In this document: positions 56,301 to 64,000 of the stretch, piece by piece | How the letters are laid out: every line of letters starts with the position of its first letter | How positions within the stretch are numbered: position 1 is the stretch's first letter | Assembly (NCBI RefSeq): GCF_964355755.1 | Contig: NC_092671.1 | Location: forward strand, 7,874,001-7,938,000 | Direction: 5' to 3' | DNA length: 64,000 bases | Source of the DNA: Antedon mediterranea | Taxonomy: Eukaryota; Animalia; Echinodermata | Notes under the pieces: model-generated | Told to the model about the DNA's origin: nothing | The model's database searches: none | What the model saw: the letters and a program-made list of their open reading frames with translations, nothing else | Program-made: the position numbers and the translations under genes

Positions 56301-59300
56301 GAAGATGTAGGCCAATGCTGGAGCCTCATTTCTTTAAAAAAACTACAGTTGGCCTATTAGTTAATAATAATTAAAACAATAAATGGTCAGAAAAAACCAA
56401 AGAAATAATTTTCCATCAACATTTGATAAAAAGTCAAACCTAAGACGTAAAACAATTTTTGTTTGTTTGGCTATAGGATTATCATATGGGTAGTATAGCC
56501 GTATGAGGTGCTACAATCGGCATAATAGGTAAAGCGTAATGATTGGTAATGATGATAACAAGAATTCCATACTTTTCATTGAATCTTTTTCTAATCTTTC
56601 TTACTACTTATTAAATATTATTGTATTTTTGCAGTAGAATCAAAATCTGAATTTAAAAGTTTCTGTATATCTAAAACAAAATGTTGTTATACCTATAACA
56701 ATAATTATTTTAATAATCGAACGCTCGAAAGCTAGTCTGGCAAATTTATAACTAACCAATGACAGACGGTGTTGTAGCAAAGAACATGTGTGCTTTTTTT
56801 TATCCAATGTATGGTAACTACATCGACCGCCTTCCCCTCACGCTGATGAAGTGCTATCATACTACAGAACAAGTTTGATATAATACGGTAATAAGTAGAC
56901 CTTGGAAACGTCCTCCATGGTCAAGTCAAACGTAGGCTAAGGGCGGTCATTTTAAGGTGATAGAGTACTTTTTATTAGATTAAAACATAGTAAAACTACT
57001 TTCTTCGTCAAGTTCGGTATTTTATTTTGTCGGAGCTGGTCGGACAGCGTTGCCAGTGCGGTCGAAACAGCAGCGTGGCGGAATTAATATTTTACTACTA
57101 CCAGTAAAAAAGTAAAACTAACGGATTTCCAGAAAAGTAGACATTTTTAGGTAAGTGATTGTGAGTGTTGAAAATATATAATGTAATATGGTATTTTTAC
57201 CACATCAACTTCGATAAATTCTGTCACTTATATTATGTATCTTTTGAAGAAAATGAATGTACTATATGCGAACAATAGTTTATTTACACTAGCCATAGCT
57301 CTTATGTTAGACAGGTTCGTTATTGAAACTCTCTAAGTTGAGGTATACCAATTACGATAATCGAACGGTTTTACCTAAAGATGTATTTTAATGTTAACTC
57401 ATTTACTTTTGTTAATCAACAAACATCATGCTTGTCCTTCAATCTGTAATGTAGGGCCTACCACCATTTAATACATGTCCAGTAGAAGCTAAAGAAAGTA
57501 CCATTTTGTCTTGCCGATTGAATAATAGAAATAAAGCGACTAGCCTAGCTCAACAAAACCAACCGGCATGGCATTATAATAATATATATTATAATATGGA
57601 CATTCTGAAAATTATAATCCTACCAACAAACTCTAATTTATAGACCTTGTCAAAAAGAGAAATTAAATTTTATTTTATTTTTAAATCATTGTTTTATATG
57701 AATAATAAGTAACAATTTGTGTACATATTAAAATAAGCCTACCTATAATTAAATTGTATTATACAATTAAATTACATTTATTATTTTGAATTATATAGTA
57801 TTAAACAATTACCGAAATAAATTAATAATTTCCAACAATAACATTTTTTTTTATTTGAAGTAAAATAGTTATTTACGAGAAAAAAAGTAGGAATTGAAAT
57901 TTTCTATTGAACATATTTTGAAGTGTTAAACCATCTGGATATATCATTTAATTTTCCATCTTTATAAAGTAGTCGTCTTCAGTTTCAACATACCTGTGGT
58001 CTTATGACAAACTTGTTAAAACTGTGACTTTTGGTGAGTATTTCTAATTCCAGAGATGCTGTGATACCTAAAGTAACAGCTTTAGAATACCAGAAGACGC
58101 AATATGGTATTAGGATTGGATTAACTGATTGATCCCCATAATCCATCTTAAGCCCCGTTGGACGTACCTCTATTTGAAACCACAGTGAAGATTTCTCTGC
58201 AGTTGTAGAATAATATGTTGTTTGCTTGGCCTTTTCACATTTTTGAAAGTACACTACGTTCTTAATACTATATAAGTAAACTGGAAACGTGAGAATAAAA
58301 ACTATAAATTAAGCGTAACAAAGTATAGTCATCGATTATAGTATATATTTTAAAAATCTAGATAACGTTAACAAAATCACAATCCATACTAACTGATTTA
58401 CCTAGTTTATATGTTTACACATTTACATAGTTAAATATTAACAATAATTGTTTGTATAAACAAAACATAGGCCTACAGATTAAAAATAGGGGCCAATTCT
58501 TATAAACAGTTATTTTTAGAATATAATTTTCTTTACGACAAAATTTCATTTTATCTGCATTTTATGTAACATTGTACACCTTTGTCTAAATCTTAATCAC
58601 TGAGTGCTTTATCTTTAATTATTGTGAACAATAATCGAAATAGTCTCTGTATTTTACCTACCTTCGCAGCCACAACAGCTAGGCTATTGAAGCGAACGCA
58701 TGGCTGATAACACGACGGACTCACGAGTGTTTCACTGCACACTTTATAATCATTTTATTCGATTTGTTTTTAATCATCAATTGGTTGTTATCGCGTTTAG
58801 TAGCGAAAGTAATGAGTATTTTAACAACTTCATTGCCAACGGCAAACCACAAACGCCTTAAGGTTTACAAGTCATGAATAAAAACAGAAATTATTTATCA
58901 GAAACTAGTTTCTATTAAGTTGATGATTAAAATTACATAAGTATAATGTACCACGTCTTCTTAATTTATCAAACATAAATAAATATACAGTAATAGTAAG
59001 CCTAAACATTGACTAATTATCTTAAATTAATTCACTGTTTATTTTATATTTACTAAATATAATTCAGACATAGTTTAGACTGTCTATCCTATCTAAATAT
59101 TAAATAGTTTTTTTTCAATTGAGTATGCTCACTGGCTTTTTAATATGTTTTGAATTGCTTTTTTTGCTTATTTTACTCTTTTATTTTTACTTTCTGTATT
59201 TTAAATTAGGATCTTATCTTATTGTTGTTTTTTTAGTAATTTCCCTTTCTTATTTTGGTGTTATAGTTTTATACTTTGGCCTAAAAAGTTGTATTTATTT

Positions 59301-59954
59301 ATATAATACGATAAAAGTGACGATTGCTTGGAACCCTTTCTTCACTTTAACTATTGGTTTTGTAGGGATAAAATGGGAACAAATATTGTTGTGCGAACCA
59401 CTTGGGCCGCCTAAAGGAGTTCAGAAGGAATGAAAAGTGTACACCTATACATGTTGTTTATTGTTATTATTATAATACGACTCAATTAAATTACCAATAT
59501 TATATAAATAGGAATTTACTCAACTGTCATTCTATCTATAAGATAACCGTTTTATTATCAAACTGCAGCGAAAAAGAAAATACTTTAATTTGATTAAATT
59601 ATGATTACAATATGAATTACGGAGTGAACACATTATGAAATGAATTATGCTTATGTTTTATAACGATTATTTGTAGTAAATTGATTGAAATGTTTTGTTA
59701 AAATGTGTTCACTCTATGTAGGCTTACTTATCGCACAGATAAACTTTTTAGGTTTTAATTCAATTGCGTAGTAGGCCTAATTATATCCCGTGGTGATGTT
59801 AACAAGAAACAATAAGTCAATGATAATGATGATTCAAACTTTATTTATGATGTAATCGGCGTTAGGTAAAATAAAAAAGGCCAATTTAACGATTTAAAAG
59901 TTGTAGCAATTTATATATTTGAAGTCAAAGTAATCGTGCTTACTCGGCTTTCTA

Positions 59955-60040
59955 CATTTTGATTGGTCACTGTAGTCACATGACTTTTGCTAATATTTCT
60001 TTCTCGCTTATGTTTTATGCCTATAGGGTCGTATAAGGTT
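59955..60040 (+). promoter_or_regulatory. Candidate proximal promoter / 5' region of the Hox9/10-like gene
   Basis: Reverse CCAAT (GATTGG, 59961-59966), E-box-like GTCACATGAC (59975-59984) and TATAAG (60032-60037), upstream of ATG 60101. Confidence 0.45.
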
Positions 60041-60100
60041 TATCGCCAGACGCAGTCAAGCGGCCGAATTGCACTGAAGAAAAATACGACCAGTATTAAA

Positions 60101-60782
60101 ATGACAGCATCGGCATTCTGCGTTAATTCTCTAATACATTCTGGTGAGAACGCTCCAGTTTTGAAACCTTCGGCGGCGAGCGAAATACAGACGACCGCTC
60201 TCGCCACCTCAAAATGCGGAAGCTTCGCCACGAAATTCTCAGATTCCGTAACACAAGCAGCTGGAGTACACAATAACCTATCGGCAACCCCCGCCACGAA
60301 TATGTACTCTTTTCCCACTGATCAACCGGGGTATGCTAACCCTTGGTACTTTTCATGCGATACCCAGCACTACACCTCTGTCCCGATGACTGGTATCGGA
60401 GAGGACTATGATGCGACAGCCTATCCTTACATGGGTACGCAAAAAAACTATGATTCAGGACTCAGTAGTTATTACTCTTTGTCGAAGCAATCGTACGATC
60501 GATATGCCAACCCCGGTTCAACAATGTATACACCTCACAGCGGCGCTAGTCTGGGCCCAGCATATACAAGCACTTTTAGCCGATACAACAGTACAGCAAC
60601 TGCAGCAGATGAAAAACGCTATACAACTTTTTCAAATTTTGATAGTCAAACTTATCCAGCAACTTGTAAAACTGGACGGAAAACCTCATCTTTTACTCCG
60701 CCGTCGCCGACTTCATCACCGCCTCCGGTAACAACGAAAGATACGGGATCCACAGACGGAGCAAAATCAGAAAAGGAAGACG
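60101..60782 (+). CDS. Hox9/10: Coding exon 1 of the next Hox gene, probably Hox9/10 (homeobox exon not seen in window)
   Basis: ATG in AAAATG context starts MTASAFCVNSLIHS, similar to the Hox N-terminal SSYF/xVxSL motif. It continues for 227 codons rich in S/T/Y/P/A and ends at the strong donor GACG|GTAAGA (phase 1). The identity is inferred from its position next to Hox11/13a in the same orientation; no homeodomain is visible. Confidence 0.75.
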
Positions 60783-61431
60783 GTAAGAAAAATTTATTGA
60801 AGATTTATAAAAAATTATAACATTTATAATAATAATGTTTAATTTAATATTTGGAAGATTAACTGTTGAATAACTCTGCTCATTTCCGTGCCTTTTAATT
60901 ATGTTAAATTTTACGGATTATATGGTATTGTAAATGGTAGGGTCTATCCCATTATATATAGCATATCATCATCGGAACGATTATCAACATCAATATGTTT
61001 ATTGAGATACCTTTCTGTTGGGCTTGATCAATTAAATCATGGTTGGAAAATGAGTATGCCTACAAAGTTAACAAAACATTTTATAAACATAAACAACGCA
61101 AACTGGCTCTAATTATTAAGTCTATAGTCTCTGGAAAGATTTAAAACATAAATCTATATTATGCTTTAGTCAAGTACATACCAGGTGCCCATCTTTGATC
61201 ATGAACTAATATGTTACGAATTGTAGTTATATATTTACCCTCTTTTCATTGTTTTATACGTCATCACGACGAGAAAACAAATTATAAACAAATCGTTTGT
61301 GAAACAAAGGATGGAAAATTGTCGATAAACACACGGCCATTTGTAATAACTAACTAGGCACTGAATTCAAAAATACTAAACTGGGACAGACGCAAGTTCA
61401 TACTTTACCGCGGCCAGGTTTAGAATGACTG

Positions 61432-61443
61432 TGATTTATGGCC
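61432..61443 (+). promoter_or_regulatory. Pbx-Hox composite site in the intron of the Hox9/10-like gene
   Basis: TGATTTATGGCC matches the canonical Pbx/Exd-Hox site TGATTTATGG and lies in a locally GC-rich block (61380-61470). Confidence 0.5.
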
Positions 61444-63612
61444 CTGTCGGCCTATCATACTCGGGCCAATGTTAACGTACCGAATTCATTTTAATTGAAT
61501 CTAAGACAAAGAGCACGAGGCCAATTATATTTGTTGCTAAGCGCTAGAAACAAAACACAGACCCGTTAAACAATTTCGAGACAGGTCAGAATTCACATTT
61601 TTATTCCATTTTCCGTAATATTATTTTTAAAAGCAAAAGTTAAGACATAACTGTATCCAATTCTAAGAGGGTTGTTATTCTAAACAAAACAAGCAATTTA
61701 TCACTATTTTAAACTTCAGTATACTCGGTGGTTGGGTTGCAAAACCAACTTTCTCTCTTATACAGTTTCTCGTATAGCCTAGCACATTATTCGCTTTTGC
61801 AAACTATAGGATGGTTACTATAATATCAAGCATAATGTGTTCATTATTAATTTATTATTAAATAAAATTTAGATATATCAGTATAATATAGCTTATAATG
61901 ATAATAATATTTATTCATTCATTTAGGCCTACAGCATATCCTATGTGATATAATCCTATACTACAGCTTCATATTAAATAATTATATACATAGGCCTACA
62001 CACATCTATAATATAATTTTTAATTTAATAATTCTTTTAAGAAATTATTTTAACATTATAAATAAATCACGTTGACATTGATTTTTATTATCTGAAATTA
62101 TCTCAAAAATATAATATTAAACATGACTGAATCCAAATAAGTTTATTTCCTGGAATTATGAACACAATGTAATTCATTATTTCAACCAACATTGATTTAA
62201 ATAATATTATTTATTATTAATTTTATAGTATGCCCAGGTCAGTACTTCGTATTTAGTCGGTAATAGATTAAACGACGTTTTGGCCTAATGTATTTAAACT
62301 GAAGAAGAATAAGAAAACATACTTTCATTAAAAAAAATCTTATTTCATTTAGGCCTAGATATCATTACCTTTTGTAGACACAATTCTAAATGTCCGTAAA
62401 AACATATTTTCGTATTAAATAACAGAAACAAATTGTTTAATAATAAAACGTATGCGTGTTCATTTGTGAACTCTAAACCAAATTATATTCATTTCATATT
62501 TTACATGACTTGTTGTTAAAAAGTCAATCATATCAAGATAATGAGTTTTTCTAGCTCTTTCCTTCTTTAAATTGAATTTTAAACAATTCAGTATCCGATT
62601 ATATTCCAATTTGTGTTTTGTTTACTAAGATTTTTACTGTTACATAAACTGTTAACATTTGTGTTCTTAATCTCAACGATTATAAGCAATGTCTTAGTTA
62701 AGTCGAAGATGCTCTCCAGATGGAATGCCATCCTGAGATGAGTAGTAGTAATTTTGTTTATTTTATTTATTTCATTTATATGTAATTTACTTTCTATGGA
62801 CCAGAGTTTCCGAAATAAAAGATTGAATGAATGAATGAATATCGTAACTAATTTTAGATAAAGCAGAGTAGCGCACATTTATGCGTACGTATATCATGTT
62901 TATTAATGAAAATGATATTTACGAAAGAGAAAAATGTAAATTGTTTTAAAATAGGCCTAATTGATAGTCAAAACAAATATATAAAACATATAATACTATT
63001 TTATCGTATACTACGAATAGGCTTAACGGTTCAAAGTATATAGGCTTAAACAATATTAAATGGATAAAAAAAAAACCAAAATAACGAAAAGGGATAGAAA
63101 TTGTATATCTAGATTCTGTAATTTTTGGTCATAAAACATTGAATGAATAAAGGGTGTGGTTAGTCACAAAGGAAAACAAAATAAGCCTAATTATTTTACG
63201 AAATATTTTATAACGCAATATCTTTTCAATGGTAAGATATTAATAATATGTTTATATTAAACTAAAGACAAACAGGATCAATAAAATTGTTATTCTTTTC
63301 AATTAAATATAAAATAATTATACTGTATTATAATTTTCGATGATAATTTGAAAAATGTTGTGAAAGCATCGAAAATGTAAGTATGATAACTGTGCCCTTA
63401 AAAATAGACTTATTAAATACATTTATGAATAAAAATATTTTTTTAACCTAACATATTCAGTTTCAATCAATAATGCAATGCAGAATTACTCTTTTCAGCT
63501 ACACTGCATTTGTGTTAATTTTTCATTGAACTTGGTTTAAAAATTTCATAGGCTACATACGAATTATAAAAAAATGAAATCAACTGCAGTTAATATACTG
63601 TGCCTAAATAAA

Positions 63613-64000
63613 GAAATAAACAAACAATACAATGTAAATCCAATGCTGCTAACATTTCATTAGCTTTTGTATTCTCGTCGATACAAACAATGCTTTTACT
63701 TTCAATGTTTAGCACAATAATATCAGGGAGTTGTAATATAATTTTACAGCTCTCTGATTTATATTGGAGATACTTTTCTATTGCATTACACCGACTTTTT
63801 TTTCAAGTTGCAATGTTTTGTTTGTTTTTGCATTTACAATTTTTGAAATAAACAATTCAATGTAATTCCAATGTTGCTAACATTTTATTAGCTTTTGTAT
63901 TCATCGATACATTTACTTTCAATGCAGACTGTTTAGCAAAATTATAATGGTGTACCGTACTTTGCTATTGTATAACACCGACTTCGTTCCAAGTTGCAAT
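63613..64000. repeat. Diverged tandem duplication, period about 232 bp, truncated by the window end
   Basis: GAAATAAACAA...CAATGTAA.TCCAATG.TGCTAACATTT.ATTAGCTTTTGTATTC...ACACCGACTT...CAAGTTGCAAT starts at both 63613 and 63845. Confidence 0.85.

Noticed and set aside
1136-62878. Most short ORFs in the supplied track (e.g. 3972-4394, 12573-12923, 28242-28646, 59119-59433)
   Set aside because: They have I/L/F/K/N-biased composition typical of AT-rich random frames, often non-ATG starts, and no recognisable domains.
1-64000. CRISPR arrays, rRNA, intact tRNA genes or prokaryotic operons
   Set aside because: None seen. The only tRNA-like motif is the SINE head near 53280-53295, which lacks a cloverleaf.

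Overview
AT-rich (about 30% GC by eye) animal genomic DNA from the posterior part of a Hox cluster, most likely echinoderm (ambulacrarian). It holds a complete two-exon Hox11/13a-like gene on the + strand (exon 1 15374-15812, exon 2 21709-21998; matching phase-1 GT-AG junction; 242 aa; AbdB-class homeodomain). About 38 kb further on is the first coding exon of a second + strand Hox gene (60101-60782), probably Hox9/10, whose homeobox exon is not seen in the window. The remainder is non-coding: small DNA-transposon derivatives, a tRNA-derived SINE, local duplications, CTCF-like motifs, nuclear-receptor and Hox/Cdx motif clusters, and candidate non-coding exons. The most unusual signal is the palindrome TAGGCCTA, which occurs over 50 times. 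In one tandem duplication it stands where the sister copy has a plain TA at two aligned positions, suggesting widespread transposon excision footprints. There is also a mosaic segment upstream of Hox11/13a made of inverted copies of two nearby loci. All calls were made by eye, without database searches.
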